Positions 42,222 through 50,753 of a stretch of 64,000 bases of DNA are shown here, one piece after another. The notes beneath the pieces are model-generated. The model was not told the origin of the DNA. It saw only the letters and a program-made list of their open reading frames with translations, and did no database searches. Numbering within the stretch: position 1 is the first letter of the stretch; every line of letters begins with the position of its first letter. Source of the DNA: Candidatus Woesearchaeota archaeon (GTDB taxonomy: Archaea > Nanobdellota > Nanobdellia > Woesearchaeales > GW2011-AR4); NCBI GenBank assembly GCA_016192985.1, contig JACPTC010000017.1, positions 65,766 through 129,765 of the forward strand, written 5' to 3'. The translations under genes and the position numbers were made by a program.

Positions 42222-42515
42222 GCGGGAGGACGCGCTTGGAAATGGGCAAAGGCCATTGCAATCAGCTACCTTGCTTCAAGCTCCACTCTGTTACTCATAA
42301 GCACCGGCACAAAAGATTACCGCTGCTTAAGGTCAATTTTGCAATTGATTTCCTTCCGGACCTTACGGATTCTCAAAAGCACCGGTCCTACAAGGCAGAG
42401 CTTCTACGCCTGCAGCAAGACCAACTGCAACAACCCAAGCTGCTCTCCAAGCTTCACCGCGCCTAAGCACATCTGCGCTTACAGGAGAGTGCTAGCTTCC
42501 CGGCAAAGTCCTCCC
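42222..42515 (-). ncRNA. ffs: SRP RNA with a predicted 23-nt intron in helix 8
   Basis: Terminal helix GGGAGGAC/GUCCUCCC; Alu domain with UGU turn and complementary loops AGCAC/GUGCU; long helix 5; helix 8 reads AGGUCCGGAAGGAA|GCAGC after intron removal. Confidence 0.9.
42327..42349 (-). other. Predicted BHB intron in SRP RNA (AUCAAUUGCAAAAUUGACCUUAA)
   Basis: Central helix AAGG/CCUU, bulges AA|A and AA|G, inner 6-bp stem UCAAUU/AAUUGA capped by GCAA. Confidence 0.8.
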
Positions 42516-42532
42516 ATAGCCAGAATAATATA

Positions 42533-42574
42533 AGGATTTTAAAGTTTATCTATTATATCCATAAACTTTAAAAC
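42533..42574. promoter_or_regulatory. Back-to-back BRE/TATA promoters for SRP RNA (-) and tRNA-His (+)
   Basis: ATAAACTTTAAAA occurs on both strands, about 20-30 nt upstream of each RNA 5' end. Confidence 0.55.
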
Positions 42575-42598
42575 CTACCTTTCACCTCTTAAATTTAT

Positions 42599-42912
42599 GG
42601 TGGCGATAGTTTAATGGCAGAATAGGCGGCTGTGGTACAACCTTTTCTTTTGCAAAGAAAAGCTTGACCAAAAGAAAGGCACTCACGAGGTGGTGGGATG
42701 AATCCCACTGATTGAACCTTTGCTTTAGTGGAAGGGTTGTATAGAGCCCGCTTGGCGGGAGTTCGATACAACGGCGAAGTCCGCTGACACTATCGAAAAT
42801 GCAAGACATTTTCGGAAGTTCCAAAAACCATAAGTTTTTGATACCTTGCGGGGCATAAAGCCTCGAGTGCTCGCTTCGCTCGCAATCGTTGTCGAAAATC
42901 TCCCTCGCCGCC
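42599..42912 (+). tRNA. tRNA-His(GUG) with encoded G-1 and two introns (42636-42746 at 37/38; 42768-42898 at 59/60)
   Basis: Acceptor GTGGCGA/TCGCCGC with C discriminator; anticodon stem GGCGG/CCGCT with GTG at 42632-42634; T stem GGGAG/CTCCC with spliced loop TTCGATT; central helices CTGT/ATAG and TTCG/CGAA. Confidence 0.92.
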
Positions 42913-42934
42913 CTTTATTTTAGAAATTAAGAGA

Positions 42935-43330
42935 ATGAAACCGACAGGCAAACCAGAGGAGGGGTGGAAAAAGAAACTACAGCCAGAGCAATACCACATA
43001 TTGAGAGAAAAAGGAACCGAAATGCCGTTTACGGGAAAGCTTTTGCATAATAAGGGTGATGGCACTTATTTGTGTGCGGGCTGCGGTGCTGAGCTTTTCT
43101 CATCAGAAGCAAAGTTTGATTCAGGGACAGGCTGGCCAAGCTTTTATGAGCCAAAGAACAGGGAAAATGTTGAGCTGAAAAAAGATTTTACTCAAGGCAT
43201 GGTAAGGACAGAAGTCTTGTGCAAGAAATGCAACGGCCATCTAGGGCATGTTTTTGGAGATGGTCCGGCGCCAACGGGAAAGAGGTTCTGCATCAATTCG
43301 TGCGCTTTAGAGTTCAAAAAATCAAAATAA
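42935..43330 (+). CDS. msrB: Peptide-methionine (R)-S-oxide reductase
   Basis: [34 protein letters not shown]. Confidence 0.95.
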   Translation: MKPTGKPEEGWKKKLQPEQYHILREKGTEMPFTGKLLHNKGDGTYLCAGCGAELFSSEAKFDSGTGWPSFYEPKNRENVELKKDFTQGMVRTEVLCKKCNGHLGHVFGDGPAPTGKRFCINSCALEFKKSK

Positions 43331-43334
43331 TACA

Positions 43335-43850
43335 TCATTCTTTTGAATAATACTCAATTTTTAAGATAAATCTGTAAATAATATATGGCAAAACAAAAAA
43401 TATTGAATAAACAAATCCTACTAAAAAATTATTTTGGACAACCTTTAATTCCAGTATTTGTGAAATATCGTTGGAAACACTAGATATAACTAGTATGTTG
43501 GTGAAAGCAATTAACGGGATTAATATCGCTAAAATTATGTGATGCCTCTTATTCAGGTGCTCTATGCTCCGTATAACCAACTCAAAAAGCAATCCGAAGA
43601 CCAGGCCCAAACCAATGATGATTGCATATATAATTCCGCCTTTTAAAGTTGCCAAAATGGGCATCAATGCAACAGAAATTGAATAGTTTGCAGTTATTAT
43701 TACGGCAAGCAGTATCCAGTAAACCCTTTTTTCGAGAAACAATCCTTCTTTGGTTTTGCTTTGTTTTGCCTTTTTTATTATTTTAAGCGCTTTGTTTATT
43801 TCTTTTTTATTCCATCCCCTTTTCTCAAGCCTTTTGATTAGGTTGTCCAT
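43335..43850 (-). CDS. Hypothetical membrane protein (about 4 TM)
   Basis: Hydrophobic segments; lies in a co-oriented run. Confidence 0.65.
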   Translation of the reverse strand: MDNLIKRLEKRGWNKKEINKALKIIKKAKQSKTKEGLFLEKRVYWILLAVIITANYSISVALMPILATLKGGIIYAIIIGLGLVFGLLFELVIRSIEHLNKRHHIILAILIPLIAFTNILVISSVSNDISQILELKVVQNNFLVGFVYSIFFVLPYIIYRFILKIEYYSKE

Positions 43851-43866
43851 GCTGCCAGTGAGTTAG

Positions 43867-44337
43867 CTAGTGCTCCTCTTTTTCCTCGTTAATTATTTTT
43901 TTGACAAAATACACAAAGTTCTTTGTACTCTCATAATATTCTTTTAAAGTGTCAATGCTCACCTCAACAACTTCGCCTTTGTCAATTGTTGCTATCATTG
44001 TGACATGCCTTCTGAATTCCTCCCTTTTTGCGTACTCTGCTTTGCTTAACTTTCTTAATCTTATGTAAAAATTAATGTAATCAAGCAATTCAGCGTTGTC
44101 AGGAAACGTCTTTTTCAGCAAATCACATCTCAGCCCTATATTTGAAGGAATGGCTGCTACCAGCTTTTTTTCTTTCGCATATTCCAGCAAAGATTGCAGC
44201 CCAAAGCCAATGCAATTTATAAGTCTTTCAATTACATGCTTGATGACATCTACTGTTCTAGTATACTTCAAACTTACCCAGAAAAGATGCTCAACTCTTT
44301 TTAACTCCTGTATTGCCTCTTCGAATGACTCTTTCAT
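43867..44337 (-). CDS. Hypothetical protein
   Basis: Clean ORF co-oriented with the NAC gene. Confidence 0.7.
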   Translation of the reverse strand: MKESFEEAIQELKRVEHLFWVSLKYTRTVDVIKHVIERLINCIGFGLQSLLEYAKEKKLVAAIPSNIGLRCDLLKKTFPDNAELLDYINFYIRLRKLSKAEYAKREEFRRHVTMIATIDKGEVVEVSIDTLKEYYESTKNFVYFVKKIINEEKEEH

Positions 44338-44353
44338 AGAACACCAAACAGAA

Positions 44354-44692
44354 TTATTTTTTTTGCAGTCTTAATATGGCTTCTGCCAAGTTTCCGTTGC
44401 TTTCTTCAAGCGCAGCATGGGCCTCTTGGGTTGTGCATCTTGTCTGCTCTATGACTGTTGCAATATCCTCTTGGCTTATCTCCGCATTACTTCTATCCAC
44501 TTCAATGATATCGCCAACAACTTGGAGCGTTTCCTGGCCCATCATATTGATTTTGCTCACATGCGGATTCTTAATAACCAAATCTTTGCCAGGCGCTTTT
44601 ATAATCACTTCATGGGCTTCGATCTCTTCTTGCCTGATTCCAAGTCTTTTCATTGCTTTCTGCATATCTCTTGGATTCATTCCTGGGAACAT
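44354..44692 (-). CDS. nac: Nascent polypeptide-associated complex protein
   Basis: MFPGMNPR.MQKAMKRLGI; C-terminal UBA-like ALEESNGNLAEAIL. Confidence 0.93.
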   Translation of the reverse strand: MFPGMNPRDMQKAMKRLGIRQEEIEAHEVIIKAPGKDLVIKNPHVSKINMMGQETLQVVGDIIEVDRSNAEISQEDIATVIEQTRCTTQEAHAALEESNGNLAEAILRLQKK

Positions 44693-44701
44693 GACACCAC
44701 C

Positions 44702-44875
44702 CTATATACCAATCAATCTGTTGCCGTAAGAGTAAAGAAATAGCATTATTACAATAACAACAATACAAAGCACAATTATATGGCCTGGCTTGAACTTTAT
44801 TTTGCTTTGATACTCATCAAAATACCTAACTAAACCTCCCATTCCAGAGGGCATAGATATTTTGTCCTGTGCCAT
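44702..44875 (-). CDS. Preprotein translocase subunit Sec61beta
   Basis: PSGMGGLVRYFDEY.SKIKFKP plus one TM. Confidence 0.9.
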   Translation of the reverse strand: MAQDKISMPSGMGGLVRYFDEYQSKIKFKPGHIIVLCIVVIVIMLFLYSYGNRLIGI

Positions 44876-44918
44876 TTTATTTTGCGTGTTTGCCAATATT
44901 AATGAATTGTAAATTGAT

Positions 44919-45293
44919 GGCAGGGTTCGAATAAGCCGCCTTTTGTCAGGCCCTTAGTGCAATTACAAAATTGCGATAGCCTGTCTTAGCATTAAACTAA
45001 GCGTCTTTAATCAGACTTGCACCAGCCAGGACTCGCCGTTTCATCCATGCTGCAAAAACGTCCGTTGGTTATCTGAATCTTCTCGCGAAGATCTTCGCAA
45101 ACATCATCCTTGGCTTGCATGCGAATTTGCTCGCAGGCTAGCATTCATTCACAGCGGTCTCGTTTCTGAGCGGTTGCCGTCAATTACTAGACCTCACTTT
45201 CGCGAGTAGCTACGTTGGGTGGGCGGACTTTCCTCAGCGCTTCAACAGCAAAAACTCGCTGTATAGGCACCGAAGCTAAGTACTAACCCTGCC
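44919..45293 (-). ncRNA. rnpB: RNase P RNA
   Basis: P1 GGCAGGGUU/AACCCUGCC; CR-I GAGGAAAGUCC; CAGAAAC and UGAAAC S-domain motifs; CR-V ACAAAAGGCGGCUUA; P2 CUUAGC/GCUAAG. Confidence 0.92.
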
Positions 45294-45324
45294 TTTGCAT
45301 AGTATAGAAATTGGGTATATAAAA

Positions 45325-45606
45325 TTATCTGTTTTTCTTCTTCAAAAAAGCTTCCTTAAGCTGCCTTAGCTCATCGAGTTGCTCTAGCAAAATTCCTTCT
45401 TTTATGTCCTCGCCAATGGCAAGCAGTATTATGAATATAACCATCAAAAGCCAAAGGAAAACAGTCTGCAAAAATCCCCATGTTATTTTATAGCCTTCAA
45501 TAGCGAAAACCTTGTTAATGAAAAAGTAGCCTATCACAAGAACAAGCAACCCTACAACCAACAGAAGTTTCTCAAAAATACTAGTTTGCCTCTTTTTTTC
45601 CATCAA
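45325..45606 (-). CDS. Small 2-TM membrane protein
   Basis: Two hydrophobic helices. Confidence 0.65.
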   Translation of the reverse strand: MMEKKRQTSIFEKLLLVVGLLVLVIGYFFINKVFAIEGYKITWGFLQTVFLWLLMVIFIILLAIGEDIKEGILLEQLDELRQLKEAFLKKKNR

Positions 45607-45673
45607 TACTAATCTTTACTACTATGTTTATATACTTTTCTTTTATATTGATGGTTAAACCAGCACACTTAAA

Positions 45674-46810
45674 TTATTTTCTTCTTAACACTATAATCTT
45701 TAATGATTGCTCGCCGCTCCAGACGTCTTTTTCTTTTCCAACAACAAATTCATGCTTTTCCGCATGCTTTTTGACAAATTCAGGGATTCTGGAAATCAAC
45801 GCAATGACGCCCTTGTTGTTTAATATATAAGCGCTTTGATAGAAAAATTCATTGTAAATTTTGTCCAAATTCGCATTTTTTGACGCCGGCGGATTTGATA
45901 CAATCACATCAACACTTCTTTCCTTAAACCTTATATCAAGCCATTCCAGCTCAACTCGGCTGAAATTAATCAGCTTGTCAACTCCAGCTATTTTAGCGTT
46001 TTTCTTTGAATAATCAACGCACTTGAACAAGTTGTCAAAGCTGTATATCTCCGCCTTGGCCTTTTTTATGCTTTTATCAATTTTGCTAAAGAATTTCTCA
46101 AATTCAATTCCGAGCTTCAATTTTAAAAAAGCAAATCTGTCTTTCTTATAGTAATTATGCGGAAAGCCAGACGCATAAAACGCAGCTTCAATTGAAATCA
46201 CCCCATCCTTGGAGAAAGGGTCAAGCACAACACCATTTTTTTCAAAACCGCCTTCTTTGACAAGAGCGTAGGCAATGGTTCCTCTCAAAGAGTTTGGATG
46301 AAGAAAAATCTTGTAGCTTCTTTTATTGAGCTCAAAACCGGCAAAATCTATTCCAAAATAACATTTATTATTGATAATATAAACAAAAAAAATCATTTCG
46401 CAATCTTTTATACCAAACGCAATATTCTTATCAATATTCTTCTTTTTCAAATTCTGTAGAATAAACTTGGCAGATTTTATTTCAACATTGACACTGTTGA
46501 AATTATGGGTCCCTATTCTCATACATTCCACTCTGAATATTCTGTGATCATTTAGCCATTCTTCAAAATCCAATCCCGCAATAAACTTTTCAAAATCCTC
46601 AAAAAAGTTTTCAAACTGGAAACTTCCCATCATACATAGAACCCTGTCGACTGATTGTGCCTTATAGCACAGCAAGCATAAATCCCCGAAATCCTTAAAA
46701 TCAAATATAACACATCCTTCATCTATTTTACATACTGCATTAGTCAATTCCCGGATTTCAACTGAAGCTGATTCTTCAATCCCTCTCGAGACTATAGCTA
46801 GGCCTTTCAT
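45674..46810 (-). CDS. THUMP-domain RNA methyltransferase-like protein (Trm14/RlmL family)
   Basis: THUMP region, GIDFAGFELNKRSYK, LDPFSKDGVISIEA, VSNPP. Confidence 0.8.
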   Translation of the reverse strand: MKGLAIVSRGIEESASVEIRELTNAVCKIDEGCVIFDFKDFGDLCLLCYKAQSVDRVLCMMGSFQFENFFEDFEKFIAGLDFEEWLNDHRIFRVECMRIGTHNFNSVNVEIKSAKFILQNLKKKNIDKNIAFGIKDCEMIFFVYIINNKCYFGIDFAGFELNKRSYKIFLHPNSLRGTIAYALVKEGGFEKNGVVLDPFSKDGVISIEAAFYASGFPHNYYKKDRFAFLKLKLGIEFEKFFSKIDKSIKKAKAEIYSFDNLFKCVDYSKKNAKIAGVDKLINFSRVELEWLDIRFKERSVDVIVSNPPASKNANLDKIYNEFFYQSAYILNNKGVIALISRIPEFVKKHAEKHEFVVGKEKDVWSGEQSLKIIVLRRK

Positions 46811-46901
46811 AACAGAAAAAACTTCGGTTGATTTAAAAATATTTTGTGGAATATCCTTTTTAACAAATAATTATTTAAAATATAGGCAAATCACGAAAAT
46901 A

Positions 46902-47528
46902 ATGGCAAGCAAATCAAGGGAATTTAATCTCAAAATAATCTTAACTACCGTACTTTTTATATCATTTACAGATACTTATTTTATATTAAAAAATGAACAT
47001 TTCTCCCAATTATTTTGGTTTTGCAATGCCATGCTTTATCTGATAGTTATAGGTATATATTTTGAAAGTTCTATTTTTTTAACCGGCATTTTTTTGGGAG
47101 CTTTGGTTGTTCAACTACCATGGATTATTGATTTTTTATTAAAACTGTTATTTAGATATGAATTATTTGGCATAGCATCTTACATGTTCGATTATGGATT
47201 TAAGAACATAAGATTCTATATTGAGCTAGATCATCTGCTCATTATTCCCTTATCCATTTATGGAATTAAACGGTTCGGCTTTAACAAAAATGGATGGATT
47301 TTTTCAACAATTGCAGCTTTTTTGTTAAACATTGGAGCTTTTGCTTTTTCGTCAAATGCAGACAATGTTAATTGCGTATTTTACTCGTGCTTCAATGATA
47401 AAATAACTTTAAACAATACTTTTGTTTTTATGATGCTATGGGCAAGTTTAATAAGCATATTAACTTTTATTTTGAGCAGAATCATCCACAAAATCCCAAT
47501 TCTGAAAACTATGTCAAAAATTAATTAA
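46902..47528 (+). CDS. Hypothetical integral membrane protein
   Basis: Multi-TM ORF. Confidence 0.65.
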   Translation: MASKSREFNLKIILTTVLFISFTDTYFILKNEHFSQLFWFCNAMLYLIVIGIYFESSIFLTGIFLGALVVQLPWIIDFLLKLLFRYELFGIASYMFDYGFKNIRFYIELDHLLIIPLSIYGIKRFGFNKNGWIFSTIAAFLLNIGAFAFSSNADNVNCVFYSCFNDKITLNNTFVFMMLWASLISILTFILSRIIHKIPILKTMSKIN

Positions 47529-47542
47529 ATGATTATTAAATA

Positions 47543-50500
47543 TTATTCCTTCTCTGTACATTTCTGCACATTCTTTCTGACTTTTTGTAGTTTGCAATTA
47601 CCATATTTTGAGCATTCTTTAGGCGTCAAATCAGAACATTGTACCTTTATACATTTCTCTAATTCTTTAGTTTGTGTCCATCCGCATTTTCCATCGTTTT
47701 GTCTTTCGCATTTGCCAAATTCTTGATAGCAAGCGTATTTTGGTTTGTATTCGCATGTAGTAGCCATTTTGTCCATGTAAGAAGCCTCTCCGCAAAGCTC
47801 GCCAGAGCAGCCTCCAGCTTTGCATGGCTCAGGTTTATCAACGCATTTTATCCTATTCTTTCTTGCTTTTATGACTTCGCAATTATCGTATTTTTGGCAC
47901 TCATCTATTATTAATTCAGAGCATTTTCTTTTTACGCAAGTGCCATCTTTGCAGCCGCTCGCACATCTAAACATATCTCTTTGCGGATTATTGTTGGCAT
48001 CGCAGGAAAGCTCGATTACATAACATTCTTTGCCGTCGCAATAATCCTTATGCTCATAATTGCCTGCAGCTACTTTTACTGCACATTTGTCAGGCACAGG
48101 AGACAAATCCCAGCCAGGGTAATTTGTTGCAAGTGTTCCTTTGGTATAGTATTCTTTTCCGCCATCGGAGTCCACACATTTAAGTGCAGATGTAATCTCA
48201 ATTTCTTTTGTTGCCTTAATGCCTTTACCACTTATTTTGTCGAAAGTTACCCTATATTTTCCAGTTTTTACGCTAGTGCCTTTGCAATCAAGCCTTGCTG
48301 GCCAATCTCTGGAATCGCATGCAGAATAATCCATTTGGTTCCATACTCCTACATATTTCTGTTCTCCCGGTTTGATAGGTATTTCTGATATAATGAATGC
48401 GCAATCAAAAACCGGCCCATGATTTCTTACCATATTCCCTTTCAAATCGGTAATTGTAATCAAGGGATTGCAAGTGCTGTCTGTTTCCTGGCCTGTTTTT
48501 GAGCTATAATATAAAATTTCATCCCCATTGTTCTTTACAAAAATATCTATCTTTTCTCCAGCGTAATAACTTTCTTTTTGCGTTACTACTTCTAACCCAT
48601 TTTGAGGACTGATACATGCCCCATTTGAGCAGCCTTTAGCTCCGCAACCTTGTATTTTTCTTTTAGCAACGCCATTTTCACAATAAAACTCAGTCATTTC
48701 GCTTAAAAGTCCATTTCCTAAATCCATTCCAGAACACTCATCCGCAACTTCTATGGCATCAAAAAAAGCGTCAGGAAGACCGTCCCCTTTCACCACTCCT
48801 GGCAAATTCGAAGCCTTAATGCTACCTTTAACGTAGTAATTTATTCCTTCATCAGAATCTGTGCAATTTCCTTCTTGCACTGCGACAAAGTCACTGCAAA
48901 CGCTATACTTGTTCCCATGGCAAAGCTGAAGTTTCTGCCCGTTGCTTATTCCAAAGAAGCCGCTTAATGGTTGCGTTACCTTGATGTTTTCTCCAGAAGT
49001 GCAGAAATAATTAGGTGTGTGCATAATGGCTTTTTTATCATTCAAAAGGTGTACACATACATCAAAGTTTTTGGAATAAGTAACTTCCAAACTAGAATCT
49101 ACTATTTTAATTGATTGAAGTCTGACTTCCTCTGCTTCACAACTGTCAGTCTCAAAAGAACCACTTGAAGTAAAGCCAACAACCAAGGGCTTTCTGTTAT
49201 GGCCTCTTTCGCGCACCCATTCAACTTTATACTCATAATTTTTTCCTTGCACGGCTTCATTCCAACTGACTGAACTGCTGTCAGGCTGTCCAGACCATTC
49301 AGCTCCTCCAGCGATAGTTATGTCAACGCCCTTCGATTTTTCGTCAAATGGCCAATTAATCAATTGCCATGAAATAACAACATGAGGCAACCCATTCTTG
49401 CAAGTGGCAGTAGCACTTGAAGTTGCTGAAGGTTCGGAAGATGCTTGGACTTCAATTGGAACGCTTCGAACCAGCTCTTTAAACCCATTCTCTCCATAAT
49501 AAATAAGTTCGTAAGTGCCTGGGTTTTTTGGAGCTTGCAAAGCGCCGGTTCCTGACTTTAATCCCTTAATATAAAAAAATCCAAATTTGTCATTCCATTG
49601 CGCTCCTTTTGGAGCAAAGGCAATGTAGTCATTTTCAAATGCAGTGCCTAAATTGTCCCAATAAACAGAAAGTTCCTCTCCTGCTTTTACATCTGTTTTT
49701 GATGGTTTTATATTAACAAGTGAAACAACTTCAAAACTTGTACTAACCACGTTATTATCTCTGTCAAACTCTTTTAAATTATTTGAAGGGTCAAGCTTTA
49801 CAATGAGATTTTTCATTCCTTGTGTTGGGAACGTAAATATAAAAGCAGACATACAACTCTCGCCGGGTTGTAAAACAGTTGATTTGCCGCACGTATCAGA
49901 CTTATGAATATTTTGAATTCCATCATCATTATTGGAGTAAATATACAGCGTAGGCGAAGCAACAGCAGTGCCAATATTAACAACTTTAAAAGCTACAAGA
50001 ACTTCCTTATTTGATTCTCTGATGGTCGGTGATATAAAAAAGCCTTCAGGCACGGCAAGGTCTGGAAGACTGGCTGAAAGACTGCAAGTAGCATCAACTT
50101 CAAAAGAATTCACGCCACATTTACCTGTGTCTTTGTCACATTTATTAATACATGACGTTTCAGCGTAACTCTTCCAAGTTCTGGATGGCTTACAAGAAGT
50201 TTCGCTACCCTGTAATTCACTATAACCATCATGACATGCCCATTTTGCGTACCTAAATCCCACTGGTTGTTGTTTTTCAACGCATTTTTTCCTATTCTTT
50301 CTAACCTTTTTAAGCTCGCAATTATCGTATTTTTGGCACTCATCTATTATTAATTCAGAGCATTTCATGCACCTATCATTTCTGCAGCCATTTGGACACA
50401 TATAACTTGTTTTTTTACCTACATCCCCTTCGCAATAATACTCAGTTAGTTCGTTGTCCAAGCAAACATCATAATCCTTAGCTTCTTTTTTTCCTAATAT

Positions 50501-50650
50501 TACGAAACCCTTTTCGAAATAATTTTTTCCACCATCAGAATCTGTACATATCTTGGGCGGTGGAGGCGGTGGAGCTTTTGAGTTTACTGGCTGCACAAAT
50601 ACGTAAACAAACAAAATTGACAATAACGACAGCAAGACTAACTTTTTGAT
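47543..50650 (-). CDS. Large secreted Cys-rich mosaic protein (CARDB-like, Ig-like, C-x-DSD-G modules, C-terminal cysteine cluster); probable ATC start at 50650
   Basis: Signal peptide (M)KKLVLLSLLSILFVYVFVQPVNS; PDLAV..VVNIGT..LDPSN..E.DRDNN; three C.DSD.G..Y..KG modules; CKAGGCSGELC..TTCEYK..YACY. Confidence 0.8.
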   Translation of the reverse strand: MKKLVLLSLLSILFVYVFVQPVNSKAPPPPPPKICTDSDGGKNYFEKGFVILGKKEAKDYDVCLDNELTEYYCEGDVGKKTSYMCPNGCRNDRCMKCSELIIDECQKYDNCELKKVRKNRKKCVEKQQPVGFRYAKWACHDGYSELQGSETSCKPSRTWKSYAETSCINKCDKDTGKCGVNSFEVDATCSLSASLPDLAVPEGFFISPTIRESNKEVLVAFKVVNIGTAVASPTLYIYSNNDDGIQNIHKSDTCGKSTVLQPGESCMSAFIFTFPTQGMKNLIVKLDPSNNLKEFDRDNNVVSTSFEVVSLVNIKPSKTDVKAGEELSVYWDNLGTAFENDYIAFAPKGAQWNDKFGFFYIKGLKSGTGALQAPKNPGTYELIYYGENGFKELVRSVPIEVQASSEPSATSSATATCKNGLPHVVISWQLINWPFDEKSKGVDITIAGGAEWSGQPDSSSVSWNEAVQGKNYEYKVEWVRERGHNRKPLVVGFTSSGSFETDSCEAEEVRLQSIKIVDSSLEVTYSKNFDVCVHLLNDKKAIMHTPNYFCTSGENIKVTQPLSGFFGISNGQKLQLCHGNKYSVCSDFVAVQEGNCTDSDEGINYYVKGSIKASNLPGVVKGDGLPDAFFDAIEVADECSGMDLGNGLLSEMTEFYCENGVAKRKIQGCGAKGCSNGACISPQNGLEVVTQKESYYAGEKIDIFVKNNGDEILYYSSKTGQETDSTCNPLITITDLKGNMVRNHGPVFDCAFIISEIPIKPGEQKYVGVWNQMDYSACDSRDWPARLDCKGTSVKTGKYRVTFDKISGKGIKATKEIEITSALKCVDSDGGKEYYTKGTLATNYPGWDLSPVPDKCAVKVAAGNYEHKDYCDGKECYVIELSCDANNNPQRDMFRCASGCKDGTCVKRKCSELIIDECQKYDNCEVIKARKNRIKCVDKPEPCKAGGCSGELCGEASYMDKMATTCEYKPKYACYQEFGKCERQNDGKCGWTQTKELEKCIKVQCSDLTPKECSKYGNCKLQKVRKNVQKCTEKE
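47838..47926. repeat. Intragenic direct repeat, copy 1 (other copy 50277-50365)
   Basis: 50 bp identical (47877-47926 = 50316-50365) encoding KCSELIIDECQKYDNCE, with similar flanking sequence. Confidence 0.9.
50277..50365. repeat. Intragenic direct repeat, copy 2
   Basis: Matches 47838-47926. Confidence 0.9.
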
Positions 50651-50753
50651 GTTTCCCGCCTCTTTTTATGAATATTTATATTCCTTCTATTTAATATTTT
50701 CCATATCTAATAAAATAAAAGTATTTATATTGCCCATTCCATTCAAGTTATGT

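Noticed and set aside
42690..42715. Box C/D guide RNA inside tRNA intron 1 (GATGA...CTGA)
   Set aside because: Box C is poor, the spacing is too short and the motifs lie within a hairpin.
42236..43065. Short ORF-track entries over the SRP RNA and tRNA-His
   Set aside because: They overlap structured RNA genes and have no protein motifs.
44947..44983. Possible BHB intron in the RNase P RNA 3' arm
   Set aside because: No register gives a 4-bp central helix with two 3-nt bulges; it fits a P19 arm better.
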